Shown here: piece after piece, positions 36,050 through 44,340 of the stretch
How positions within the stretch are numbered: position 1 is the stretch's first letter
How the letters are laid out: each line of letters starts with the position of its first letter
Source: Methanobacteriota archaeon
Lineage (GTDB): Archaea; Thermoplasmatota; Thermoplasmata; RBG-16-68-12; JAJISG01
Reading direction: 5' to 3'
NCBI GenBank assembly: GCA_030594205.1
Contig: JAUVFR010000005.1
Coordinates: 2,306 to 66,305 of the forward strand
DNA length: 64,000 nucleotides
Translations under genes and position numbers: made by a program
The notes under the pieces: model-generated
What the model saw: the letters and a program-made list of their open reading frames with translations, nothing else
Database searches by the model: none
Told to the model about the DNA's origin: nothing

Positions 36050-37050
36050 CTCGACCCTTCGCCCCCTCCCTCGCGGTTCGCGGCCTTCAATCGGTCAATG
36101 GATCCCACGGGACGGGGATCCACCCCCCGCAGGACCGCCAGGTACACGCTCACCAGGTCCCCAAGTAGGACGAGCTCCAACAGACCGGTCACGAAGTCCT
36201 CGCTGAGGAGCGGGACCGAGGTGACGGGCACCCGTTCCTCCAACAGCGCGAGGGTGTGCTGGAAGCGGGCGTGGATGGCGCTGTCGGAGGGTGGCATCAG
36301 CAAGACCGGGGCAAATCGTTCCGGATTCGATCCCTCAAGCCAGCCCACGATCTCGTTGTGGTTCGCCTCGGGGAGGATGCTGTGCCACGCGAGGGTCTTT
36401 GCGTTCTCGTTCAGCTGGGTCTGCCACCTTCGAGCCACCCCGGCATAGGGCGGGGGGCCGTAGATGATGGGTACCTTTCCCTCCAAGGCCGTGGCGATGG
36501 CCTTCGCCGGGTTCTCCTCCGTCGGGACGGCCGGAACCCATTCCTCTCGGATCCGGCCCAGGTCCGTAAGGGCACCCGGGAGCGCTTTTTCGAGTCGGGT
36601 GGAGGAGCGGGCCAGCAGGGTGAGCAGGGGTGCCAGAAGGTAGCCCAGAGCCGCCCGGGGCACGAAGCCGGGAGGGACGAAGACGTGGGGCACCCCCTGG
36701 GTCGAGGATGTCTCGGCAAGCTCTCCGCCCGATCCGACCGTCAGGCAGGAGAGGTCCCGCCCCAGCGCCTGTCGAAAGGCCGAGAGGGTCTCCCAGGTGT
36801 TCCCCGAATAGCTGATGGCAATCAGGAGATCCTCCTGGCCCACATAGGGGGGGATGCGGGGGGTCCGCGTGACTTGGACTTCCACCCCCCCGTACCACCT
36901 CCCCAGCGCGTGAGCAAGATCCCCTGCGATGGCCGACCCCCCCATGCCCACGACGAAAACGCGCCCCGAGGGCGGATGGGTCCAGGCAGCGTCCCTGACC
37001 CCTGCGAGTCCCTCCTCGATCTGCTCCGGGAGGGAGGAAAAGGTCCCCAT
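36031..37050 (-). CDS. Bifunctional phosphoglucose/phosphomannose isomerase (SIS domain, archaeal PGI/PMI)
   Basis: SIS motifs VFVVGMGGSAIAGDL…LLIAISYSGNTWETL. Start placed at MGTFSSLPEQIEE (37050) so that it does not overlap ribB. Its 3' end overlaps the 3' end of tRNA-Ser on the opposite strand. Confidence 0.7.
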   Translation of the reverse strand: MGTFSSLPEQIEEGLAGVRDAAWTHPPSGRVFVVGMGGSAIAGDLAHALGRWYGGVEVQVTRTPRIPPYVGQEDLLIAISYSGNTWETLSAFRQALGRDLSCLTVGSGGELAETSSTQGVPHVFVPPGFVPRAALGYLLAPLLTLLARSSTRLEKALPGALTDLGRIREEWVPAVPTEENPAKAIATALEGKVPIIYGPPPYAGVARRWQTQLNENAKTLAWHSILPEANHNEIVGWLEGSNPERFAPVLLMPPSDSAIHARFQHTLALLEERVPVTSVPLLSEDFVTGLLELVLLGDLVSVYLAVLRGVDPRPVGSIDRLKAANREGGGEGSSAEGEI

Positions 37051-37173
37051 CAGTTCGCTGGGGTCGATCCGGGACAGACGATCGGGGTCGTCCAGCACAC
37101 GGCGCGATGGGCCGAGGCGTTGAAAGGGTTGCGGGAGAGGAGGAACAGGTTTTTTGGTAATTACAAAAATCTT

Positions 37174-37935
37174 ATGAGAGGTCCGCGGGTTCCCTATACG
37201 ATGCGGGCCGCGGTGCGGGGGGCCCTGAGAGCGCTCCAAGGGGGAACCCCGATCTTACTCTACGATGCCGACGGTCGAGAGGAGGAGACGGACCTCGTTC
37301 TCCCCTCCCAGTTCGTTACCTCCGAATCAATCCGCCTCATGCGCCAAGAGGCCGGCGGCTTGATCTGCACGACCTTCCCGACCCCGGTGGCGAGACGACT
37401 GGGGCTGCCGCTCATGGAGGACGCCCTGACCATACTCAAGGAGGACTTCCCGGTGATCGAGGGGCTCCTCCGGCACCGGCCTCCCTACGATGTCCGGTCG
37501 GCTTTCAGCCTGACGGTGAACCACCAGGCGACCCGGACGGGGATTACGGACCGGGATCGGGCCCTGACGGTGGGCGCGTTGGCCGAGGTGTGTCGCAATA
37601 CCCTCGCCTCAGAGGACGGCCTGGCACGGGAAGCGTTCATGCAGGAGTTCCGTGCCCCCGGACACGTCCACCTTCTCATCGCGGCCGAGCCACTCCTGCG
37701 GGAGCGCCGTGGCCATACCGAGCTCTCCACAGCTCTTCTCCTGATGGCTGAGCTCCTCCCCACGGCCACTCTCTGTGAGATGCTGGCGGACGGCGGCGGA
37801 GCGCTCTCCAGGGCGGAGGCAAACAAATATGCGACAGCCCGACATCTTCCCTTTGTCGAGGGGAGCGACGTCCTCGAGGCTTGGGGAGCATGGTCCGGGT
37901 CATGGCGACGGGAGTTTTCGACATCCTCCACATAG
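37174..37935 (+). CDS. ribB: 3,4-dihydroxy-2-butanone 4-phosphate synthase
   Basis: LLYDADGREEETDLVLPSQFVTSESIRLMRQEAGGLICT is the DHBP synthase signature. An AT-rich near-palindrome (37151-37169) lies just upstream. Confidence 0.8.
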   Translation: MRGPRVPYTMRAAVRGALRALQGGTPILLYDADGREEETDLVLPSQFVTSESIRLMRQEAGGLICTTFPTPVARRLGLPLMEDALTILKEDFPVIEGLLRHRPPYDVRSAFSLTVNHQATRTGITDRDRALTVGALAEVCRNTLASEDGLAREAFMQEFRAPGHVHLLIAAEPLLRERRGHTELSTALLLMAELLPTATLCEMLADGGGALSRAEANKYATARHLPFVEGSDVLEAWGAWSGSWRREFSTSST

Positions 37936-38357
37936 GTCATCTGGACTACCTGAGGCAGGCCAAGGAACTGGGGGACGAGTTGGTGGTCGTCATCGCCCGC
38001 GACTCCCGTGTGCGTCGGATGAAACATGAGCCGGTGACCCCCGAAGCGTTGCGACGGGAGCTGGTGGACGCCCTCAAGCCCGTGGACCGGGCCCTCCTGG
38101 GCCACGAAGGGGACATCTACCAAACCGTGGAGGAGGTCCGCCCCGACGTCATCGCCTTGGGCTGGGACCAGGATTTCAACCTCGAGGAGGTGGAGGCAGA
38201 GGTTCGCCGGCGCGGGATACCGGCGAAGGTGGTCCGGCTGACGAAGATGGAGGGGGACTTGGACGGGACGACGAAGATCATCAACAAGGTGATCAGCCTC
38301 TGGTCCATCCAGAGGCAGGTGGAGCGGGTGGAAAAGACGCCCCCCGAGGGGGACTAG
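37890..38357 (+). CDS. ribL: FAD synthetase, archaeal CTP-dependent (cytidylyltransferase family)
   Basis: MVRVMATGVFDILHIGHLDYLRQAKELGDELVVVIARD (nucleotidyltransferase HxGH). Overlaps the ribB 3' end. Confidence 0.75.
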   Translation: MVRVMATGVFDILHIGHLDYLRQAKELGDELVVVIARDSRVRRMKHEPVTPEALRRELVDALKPVDRALLGHEGDIYQTVEEVRPDVIALGWDQDFNLEEVEAEVRRRGIPAKVVRLTKMEGDLDGTTKIINKVISLWSIQRQVERVEKTPPEGD

Positions 38358-38377
38358 GGCTGCGGACCATCGGCATC

Positions 38378-38845
38378 GTGGACACGACGTTCGCCCGGTA
38401 CGACATGGGAACGGCGGCGGAGGAGGAGCTGAAGGGCCTGGGGACGGGCTTCCAGGTCATTCGCCGTACCGTGCCCGGGGTCAAGGACCTCCCGGTGGCG
38501 TGTAAGCGCCTCATCGAGGAGGAGTCGTGCGACCTGGCGATGGCCCTCGGCATGCTCGGACCACACGCCGTGGATAAACAAACGGCCCTCGTCGCAGACT
38601 TGGGCCTTCAGGGGGTCCAACTCGCCACCAACACCCCGATTCTCGGCGTTTTCGTGTACGAGGAAGAGGCCAAGGACGAGGATGAACTGGCCTGGCTCGC
38701 GGCGCGCCGCACCCGGGAACACGCCCGGAACGCGTACAACATGCTCTTCCGGCCCGAGACCCTACGACAGAACGCCGGGACCGGTCAGCGGGAGGGGTTC
38801 GACGACGTGGGACCCCTCGAGACGACCTCGGGGAAGTTGAGCTAG
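38378..38845 (+). CDS. ribC: Riboflavin synthase, archaeal type
   Basis: …GIVDTTFARYDMGTAAEEELK… matches archaeal riboflavin synthase (IVDTTFARVDMG). The start is probably a few codons upstream of the GTG (no canonical codon there). Confidence 0.75.
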   Translation: MDTTFARYDMGTAAEEELKGLGTGFQVIRRTVPGVKDLPVACKRLIEEESCDLAMALGMLGPHAVDKQTALVADLGLQGVQLATNTPILGVFVYEEEAKDEDELAWLAARRTREHARNAYNMLFRPETLRQNAGTGQREGFDDVGPLETTSGKLS

Positions 38846-39256
38846 GTGCCCAACCTAGGCATTGTGGTCAGCGAGTTCCACGCCGACGTCACGGAGCGCA
38901 TGCTCGTTCGGGCCGAAGAGCACGCGGCCTTCCAGGGTCTGACGGTGACCCACGTCGTGAAGGTCCCGGGCGTGTTCGACATGCCCCTCGCCCTCAAGCG
39001 TCTCATCCGGCGGGACGACGTCGACGGAGTCGTTGCGTTGGGGGCCGTCGTTCAGGGAGAGACCGGCCACGATGCGGTGATTATGGCGCAGACCGCCCGG
39101 CAGATCGCCGATCTTGCGGTGGAGTACGAGAAACCCATCGGCCTGGGCATCTCCGGCCCCGGTCAGACGAAGGAACAGGCCCTCGATCGGGTGGAAAAGG
39201 CGCGGGAGGCGGTGGAGGCGGTCGTGAAGCTCCTGCAGACCCTGGAGGGAGTCTAG
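38846..39256 (+). CDS. ribH: 6,7-dimethyl-8-ribityllumazine synthase
   Basis: LGIVVSEFHADVTERMLVRAEEHA…VPGVFDMPLALKRLI. Confidence 0.85.
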   Translation: MPNLGIVVSEFHADVTERMLVRAEEHAAFQGLTVTHVVKVPGVFDMPLALKRLIRRDDVDGVVALGAVVQGETGHDAVIMAQTARQIADLAVEYEKPIGLGISGPGQTKEQALDRVEKAREAVEAVVKLLQTLEGV

Positions 39257-39284
39257 CCGCGAAGAAGGGTTATATCCCGACCTG

Positions 39285-39300
39285 TTAATCACGGAACTCG
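39285..39300 (+). promoter_or_regulatory. Conserved promoter-proximal motif TTAATCACGGAACTCG (copy 1), downstream of a BRE/TATA AAGGGTTATATCCCGACCTG (39266-39285)
   Basis: 14 of 16 nt identical to 42540-42555. Located 18 nt upstream of the roadblock-family gene start. Confidence 0.45.
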
Positions 39301-39317
39301 CGTCCCGAGGGCTGGCA

Positions 39318-39677
39318 ATGGCAGACATCCCCCAGATTGAGGAGATTCTAGAAGAGATCGAAGGCCACGAGGGCGTGCATGAGGTCTTCCTCGTAACCCG
39401 GTCGGGGATGTACGTTGCCGGGAAGCTCCCGAAGGGCGTCGAGCGGGAGACGTACGCAAGCATGTTCGCCGTCCTCCTGGGCTCCGCGGACACCGCCACG
39501 TCCCAGATGAAGGAGGCCATGCAGGGGGTCACCGTCCACTTGCGCGACTCCAAGCTCGTGGTGCTGGGGGACGGGCCCAAAGCCCTCTTCGTGCTCCGGG
39601 TAGGGGATGATGTGGGGGTACGACGCCTCCAGGAAATCCTGGGGCCCTACTCTGCGCGCCTCGAGGAGCACCTCTGA
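39318..39677 (+). CDS. Roadblock/LC7-domain protein (MglB-like)
   Basis: 119 aa with the roadblock fold pattern (…HEGVHEVFLVTRSGMYVAGKLPKG…ASMFAVLLGSAD…LVVLGDGPKALFVLRV). Confidence 0.65.
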   Translation: MADIPQIEEILEEIEGHEGVHEVFLVTRSGMYVAGKLPKGVERETYASMFAVLLGSADTATSQMKEAMQGVTVHLRDSKLVVLGDGPKALFVLRVGDDVGVRRLQEILGPYSARLEEHL

Positions 39678-39679
39678 GG

Positions 39680-40297
39680 CTACATCCGCCGGAAGCCTCG
39701 GAGCACCCATTCGCCGACGGCCTTCGTCACGTATCGCGCGGTCTGCCCTGCCCCCCGACTCAGACCGACGGGTCGTCCCCTCCCCTTGCGGATGGCCACC
39801 AACAGGTCCCCTTCGGTCTCGTACCCGTCTGCGAACACGAGGAGACCCCGTCCGATGTCTGCGAGCCGATGGGCGTCGCTGCCGGCTGTCATCGGCAGGC
39901 CGAGGTCCTGCGCCAGCCGCTCCGCCCGTCGGTTGTCCCGGCGGGTTGTGCGGGCATTCAGACCTTCCACTCCTTCGAACTGCACCTTCCGCACCACAGC
40001 TTCCCCGAGTCCGGACCAGAAGCGGTAGGGGTGGGCGGCTACGGCGAGGCCCCCCTGCTCGCGGATCTTCTCCAAGGCCTCGGCCGCGGGAAGTCGGGGA
40101 GGGACCGGCTCTTGCAAGCCATAGACGAGGATGTGCCCCTCCCGCGCCGAGAGTTCCATCGCCCGGATGCTGAGCAGCCCCGCCTCTCGGGCCAACCGCC
40201 GGGTTTTCTCGCTGCCGTCGGTTCGGTTGTGGTCGGTGATGGCCACCCCTTGGATGTCCCGACGCGCCGCCACCTTGAGAATCTCCCGCACCGGCAT
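39680..40297 (-). CDS. PHP-domain phosphoesterase; conserved N-terminus lies upstream of the first ATG
   Basis: PHP motifs (…GVAITDHNRTDG…, …AAHPYRF…, GSDAHRLADIG). The in-frame upstream sequence LFTVDLHLHSQYSPDSA (40298-40348) holds the first HxH motif but has only a CTG, placed 1 nt after the metG stop. Confidence 0.7.
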   Translation of the reverse strand: MPVREILKVAARRDIQGVAITDHNRTDGSEKTRRLAREAGLLSIRAMELSAREGHILVYGLQEPVPPRLPAAEALEKIREQGGLAVAAHPYRFWSGLGEAVVRKVQFEGVEGLNARTTRRDNRRAERLAQDLGLPMTAGSDAHRLADIGRGLLVFADGYETEGDLLVAIRKGRGRPVGLSRGAGQTARYVTKAVGEWVLRGFRRM

Positions 40298-40349
40298 GGC
40301 TGAGTCGGGGGAGTACTGACTGTGGAGGTGCAGGTCGACCGTGAACAGC

Positions 40350-42476
40350 TCACGTCACCTCGGACCCTGGACGGACCGGGCGGTCTAGGGTGACCTCGCG
40401 TTTGCCCGCCTTGAGGGGAAGACCCGGACCCCGAGAGCTCCCGTGGAAGTAGACGCGTCCGTCCTCCCCCACCTCTATGCGGAGTTTCTTGAACTCCTCG
40501 AAGGAGAGACGCGGGGCCCCCGGGGTGCCCAAGACCTGCGTGCCTGGTTCCGCATCCTCCGTGAGGAGGAGGGAGATTACGGGGCCGTCCACGGCGGCCA
40601 GGAGCATCGCATCGGACCGGACCCCTCGGAAGGTGCCCGGTTTGAGATTGACCAGGATCGCGACCCGTTTTCCCTCCAGCTCGCCGGGCTCATACTCCTC
40701 CCGCATCCCGGCGACCATGGTTCTTCGTTCCGATCCGAGGTCGGCCTCGACGACATACAGCTTGTCGGCATCGGGATGGTCCTCGACCTTGGTCACCTCC
40801 CCCACGCGCACGTCGAGCCTCTCGGCCTCCTCCACAGGCAACGCAGCCAGCTCGATCTTACGGAAGAGGGGCTTTGGGGCCTGGAGTCGTTGGCCCTCGG
40901 CGATCTCCTCTGGAACCGCCTCCCAGGGAGTCCCCTCGACGGGGCCATCGTAGCCCAGATATCCCCAAAGGCGTTGGGCAGAGAAGGGCAGGAAGGGGGC
41001 CGTGAGCAGGGCGAGACCCCGTACCACTCGCGTCGCGACGTGGAGGACGGTACCCACACGTCCCCGGTCCTGGGTGAGGAGGTCCCACGGAGCCTGGGCA
41101 TCGAAGTACTGGTTTCCCCGCTTGGCGAGGCGCATGATGCTCTGGAGCGCATCCCGGAAGTGGACGTACGCCAGATTCTGACCGACCTGCCGCCACGCCT
41201 CCTCCAGTTCGTGGAGGAAGGCCTCGTCTTCGGCCGTGAGGTCTCCCGCCGGAGGGACTTTGCCGAAGTTCTTGTGGGTGAACGTGAGGACGCGATGGAC
41301 GAAGTTGCCATAGATGGCGACGAGTTCGTTGTTTACGCGGCGGGCCAGCTCTTCGAACGTGAACTCGGAATCTTTGTTCTCTGGCATGTTGGCGCTCACG
41401 TAGTATCGCAGGGCGTCCGGATCGTATGCCCCAAGGAGGTCCTGTAGCCAGACACCCACTCCTCGGCCTGCGGACATCCTCTCCCCTTGGAAGGTCATGA
41501 ACTGGTTCGCGGGGACGTCGTATGGGAGGTCAAGGGTCTCGTCATACCCCATCAGAATGGCGGGCCAGATGAGCGTGTGAAACACGATGTTGTCCTTTCC
41601 AATGAAGTAGTAATGGCGCGCATCCGGGTCCTCCCACCAGGCCTTCCACTTCTCCGGATCACCCTGACGTCGGGCCCATTCCTGACTGGCCGAAAGGTAG
41701 CCCTGAACCGCCTCGAACCAGACGTAGATCCTCTTCTTCTCGTACCCGGGAAGGGGAACGTCGATGCCCCAGTCGATGTCCCGCGTGATGGGTCGGTCTT
41801 TCAGTCCCTCCCGTAGCCACGAGAGGGCGAAGTTCAGGACGTGGGGACGCCAGTGGCTCTTCGTCTGGAGCCAGGTTTTCAGCGCTGTTTGGAAGGCGCT
41901 GAGCCTCAAGAAGTAGTGCCGGGTCTCCCGCCGTTCCACCGCGGTCCCGCAGACCTGGCAGCGCGGCCCAATCAGGTCGAAGGGGTCGAGGATCCTCCCG
42001 CAATTCTCGCACTGGTCCCCGCGGGCCGCTTTGAAGTGGCAATGGGGGCACTCGCCCTCGATGTAGCGATCCGGCCGAAACCGCTCATCGTGAGGGCACC
42101 AGGCAGCGTCCATCGAGTCCTCGTACACGTGGCCTCGGTCCTTGAGGCGAAGGAAGACGTCCCTGACGAGGGCAGCGTGGGCGGGGTCCGATGTCTTCCA
42201 GTAGAGATCCCAGGAGATGCCGAGTGCCTCGAAACTCTCGGTGTGGATTGCGTGGAAGCGTTCGGCCACCTCCTCGGGCGAGACTCCCTCTTCCTCGGCA
42301 CGGACGGTCGTGGGGGTCCCGTGCATGTCGCTCCCGCTTACCATGAGCACCTCGTCGCCCGCCATCCGGTGGTACCGGGCGAAGATGTCCGCAGGGACGT
42401 AGGCCCCGGCCGCGTGTCCGATATGCCGGGGTCCGCTGGCATAGGGCCAGGCGACACCCAGGAAGAGCTTGGCCAT
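40350..42476 (-). CDS. metG: Methionyl-tRNA synthetase with C-terminal tRNA-binding (EMAP-like) domain
   Basis: HIGH motif (GPRHIGHAAG), zinc knuckle CPHCHF…CENCG, KMSKS-type region. Confidence 0.95.
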   Translation of the reverse strand: MAKLFLGVAWPYASGPRHIGHAAGAYVPADIFARYHRMAGDEVLMVSGSDMHGTPTTVRAEEEGVSPEEVAERFHAIHTESFEALGISWDLYWKTSDPAHAALVRDVFLRLKDRGHVYEDSMDAAWCPHDERFRPDRYIEGECPHCHFKAARGDQCENCGRILDPFDLIGPRCQVCGTAVERRETRHYFLRLSAFQTALKTWLQTKSHWRPHVLNFALSWLREGLKDRPITRDIDWGIDVPLPGYEKKRIYVWFEAVQGYLSASQEWARRQGDPEKWKAWWEDPDARHYYFIGKDNIVFHTLIWPAILMGYDETLDLPYDVPANQFMTFQGERMSAGRGVGVWLQDLLGAYDPDALRYYVSANMPENKDSEFTFEELARRVNNELVAIYGNFVHRVLTFTHKNFGKVPPAGDLTAEDEAFLHELEEAWRQVGQNLAYVHFRDALQSIMRLAKRGNQYFDAQAPWDLLTQDRGRVGTVLHVATRVVRGLALLTAPFLPFSAQRLWGYLGYDGPVEGTPWEAVPEEIAEGQRLQAPKPLFRKIELAALPVEEAERLDVRVGEVTKVEDHPDADKLYVVEADLGSERRTMVAGMREEYEPGELEGKRVAILVNLKPGTFRGVRSDAMLLAAVDGPVISLLLTEDAEPGTQVLGTPGAPRLSFEEFKKLRIEVGEDGRVYFHGSSRGPGLPLKAGKREVTLDRPVRPGSEVT

Positions 42477-42534
42477 TGGGGGCGAACTAAGGGTGCGGGC
42501 GATTTAAAGCATGAGCCCGGACTCCGTGGTTATC

Positions 42535-42555
42535 ACGGAACTCAGTCTCCCGCAA
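42535..42555 (+). promoter_or_regulatory. Conserved motif CCGTGGTTATCACGGAACTCA (copy 2; contains palindrome CCGTG-N5-CACGG), upstream of a BRE/TATA AAAGGGTTAAATACCGACCTGG (42564-42585)
   Basis: Shares ATCACGGAACTC with 39289-39300, and the BRE/TATA shares 18 of 20 nt with 39266-39285. The order of the two elements is swapped relative to copy 1. Confidence 0.45.
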
Positions 42556-42645
42556 AGGGTTAAATACCGACCTGGAAATCGCTCCCCAGCCTAAGGAGTT
42601 GATGTTCTGGATCAGGAACGTGGCCAGGGACCCTATGAAGCGCCC

Positions 42646-42825
42646 GTGGAAGAAGGAAAGGTTTACGAGGCCACCATCGAGGATTTGGGCCGGGAGGGGG
42701 ACGGCATCGCCCGCATCGACAGCTTTGTCGTGTTCGTGCCTGGCACAAAGATCGGGGACACTGTGAAGGTCCGGATTACCCGGGTCCTCCGCCGCATGGC
42801 CATTGGGGAAGTGGTCGAGGAATAG
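42646..42825 (+). CDS. TRAM-domain protein (59 aa)
   Basis: GTG-start MEEGKVYEATIEDLGREGDGIARIDSFVVFVPGTKIGDTVKVRITRVLRRMAIGEVVEE matches the stand-alone archaeal TRAM consensus (…EDIGRKGDGIAR.EGFVIFVP…G..VKVKIT). Missed by the ORF track (<60 aa). Confidence 0.7.
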   Translation: MEEGKVYEATIEDLGREGDGIARIDSFVVFVPGTKIGDTVKVRITRVLRRMAIGEVVEE

Positions 42826-42860
42826 CGCCTTTTCCGCCATCCCGTTTGCCATCGCCAGCG

Positions 42861-43511
42861 CTAGCTTCCCTCGCGGGGGTGGCCAATCAGGAGGAGGCGC
42901 CCCATCTCGGAGAGACGGATGAGGAGACGACCCTGGATTCCGCGGTCGATCTCCGCGAGCCCTAACTCCTCGAGCCCCTTGGCTTTCCGGCCTCCACGGA
43001 GGTGGTAGCTCAGGAGGGACTTCTCGATCCCCGAGGCGTTGCTCAGGTCGCTGAGGGAGCCAGCTTCTCCGCCCATGTCATCGAGGGCTTGGAGGACGCG
43101 GATCTTGCTCGGGGAGATGACCTCGCTGTAGCTGAATTTGAGGACGGGGAGCATCATCGGGACGTCGTCCTCCACATGGAAAGCCTTCACCCCGTTTACG
43201 AACGCGGCGCTGATGGCGGAGCAGGTCAAGAGCTTGCGTCCGCTAGAGACGTTGATGAAGATGTCGTCGTACTGGTCCCGCTGTTCCCGGATGATCTGCG
43301 CCACGACCTCGTACATCTCCCGGGCAGGGTTCCGGATCTCCTCCCGCTCGACGGGGATCTGGAGTTCCCCAAGCTTGCGGCCGATTTCGGCCGCGTGAAA
43401 GCGGGCCTCTGGTTCGTGGATGAGGACCAGCTTGCTGACGGGGTACTCCCGGATCCCCGCGAAGATTGGGGCTTCCTCGTCCCCTAGGGTCGCAATCTGG
43501 AGAATCTTCAT
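42861..43511 (-). CDS. Predicted transcriptional regulator: Csa3/CARF-like N-terminal domain + C-terminal winged helix
   Basis: The N-terminus MKILQIATLGDEEAPIFAGI…LVLIHEPE resembles CARF/Csa3 Rossmann-like domains. The C-terminus (IRVLQALDD…SLSDLSNASGIEKSLLSYHLRGG) is a wHTH. Family assignment is tentative. Confidence 0.45.
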   Translation of the reverse strand: MKILQIATLGDEEAPIFAGIREYPVSKLVLIHEPEARFHAAEIGRKLGELQIPVEREEIRNPAREMYEVVAQIIREQRDQYDDIFINVSSGRKLLTCSAISAAFVNGVKAFHVEDDVPMMLPVLKFSYSEVISPSKIRVLQALDDMGGEAGSLSDLSNASGIEKSLLSYHLRGGRKAKGLEELGLAEIDRGIQGRLLIRLSEMGRLLLIGHPREGS

Positions 43512-43627
43512 GTCGGATTATTCTAGCGGGATGCCGCTATAAAAACGGTTTGAAATCTTGAAGACGGGGTTGAACATTGCCCCGGGTCAGGGTCAAATAA
43601 GGGCGCGATCATTTCGTCACGATTCCC

Positions 43628-43909
43628 GTGCAGAGACTCCTTTGGCACCTCATCGTGGGGACCAGGGGAGGCATCAATCGAGCCCGGATCCTTCTCCTGT
43701 TGAAGGATCGACCGTACAACGCCAACAGCCTCGCGGAGGAGCTGGGCCTGGACTACAAGACGGCCCGGCATCACCTCCGGGTCCTCCGGAAGAACGACCT
43801 GGTGATGGTCTCGAAGGAAGAGCACAGCACCCTTTACTTCCTGACGCCCACCATGCTTCGGTTATGGGAGGACTTTGAGGGAATCTGGAAGAAGATTGGG
43901 AAAAAGTAG
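43628..43909 (+). CDS. ArsR/SmtB-family HTH transcriptional regulator
   Basis: ARILLLLKDRPYNANSLAEELGLDYKTARHHLRVLRKNDLV is a classic ArsR HTH. Confidence 0.75.
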   Translation: MQRLLWHLIVGTRGGINRARILLLLKDRPYNANSLAEELGLDYKTARHHLRVLRKNDLVMVSKEEHSTLYFLTPTMLRLWEDFEGIWKKIGKK

Positions 43910-43956
43910 ATGGAGTATGGAAGAATGAAGCAAGACTCGACCCGAGGTGAGAGCCC

Positions 43957-44247
43957 GTGGTAAGCCAGCTTTGGTCGCTGAACATGGTCTTTGGGAGTGC
44001 CAGTATCGGACTCCTCGTGGCGCTCCTTGTGGTCTACGCAAGGAACCTCCGGCAGATTCGGTCCGCCTTCGGCCTCGGCCTCGTCGTGTTCGCGGCTCTC
44101 CTGATTGCGCAGAACGGATGGGCCCTCTGGTCGATGTTCCAGTGGGCCACGGCGGGTTGGCCTGATACGCTCGCCACGACCTTCCTCTATCTCAACATCG
44201 TCCAGACCTCGGCTTTTGGAGTTCTGCTGGGGATCAGCTGGGGCTAA
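43957..44247 (+). CDS. Small membrane protein (3 TM), hypothetical
   Basis: 96-aa hydrophobic ORF downstream of the ArsR gene, with GC-biased codons. Confidence 0.45.
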   Translation: MVSQLWSLNMVFGSASIGLLVALLVVYARNLRQIRSAFGLGLVVFAALLIAQNGWALWSMFQWATAGWPDTLATTFLYLNIVQTSAFGVLLGISWG

Positions 44248-44340
44248 GCATTAGTTGAATTTTTTCTTTAACTGTCGAACCAGAGTTTTACATTCCGACG
44301 ACACGTCCCTCTTGCCAGCGACGAAAGAGGAGAGAACGGC

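Noticed and set aside
36256-37935. 559-aa ORF on the plus strand
   Set aside because: The first ~300 codons are antisense to the PGI/PMI gene with a low-complexity translation. Only the segment from the ATG at 37174 (ribB) is homologous to known proteins.
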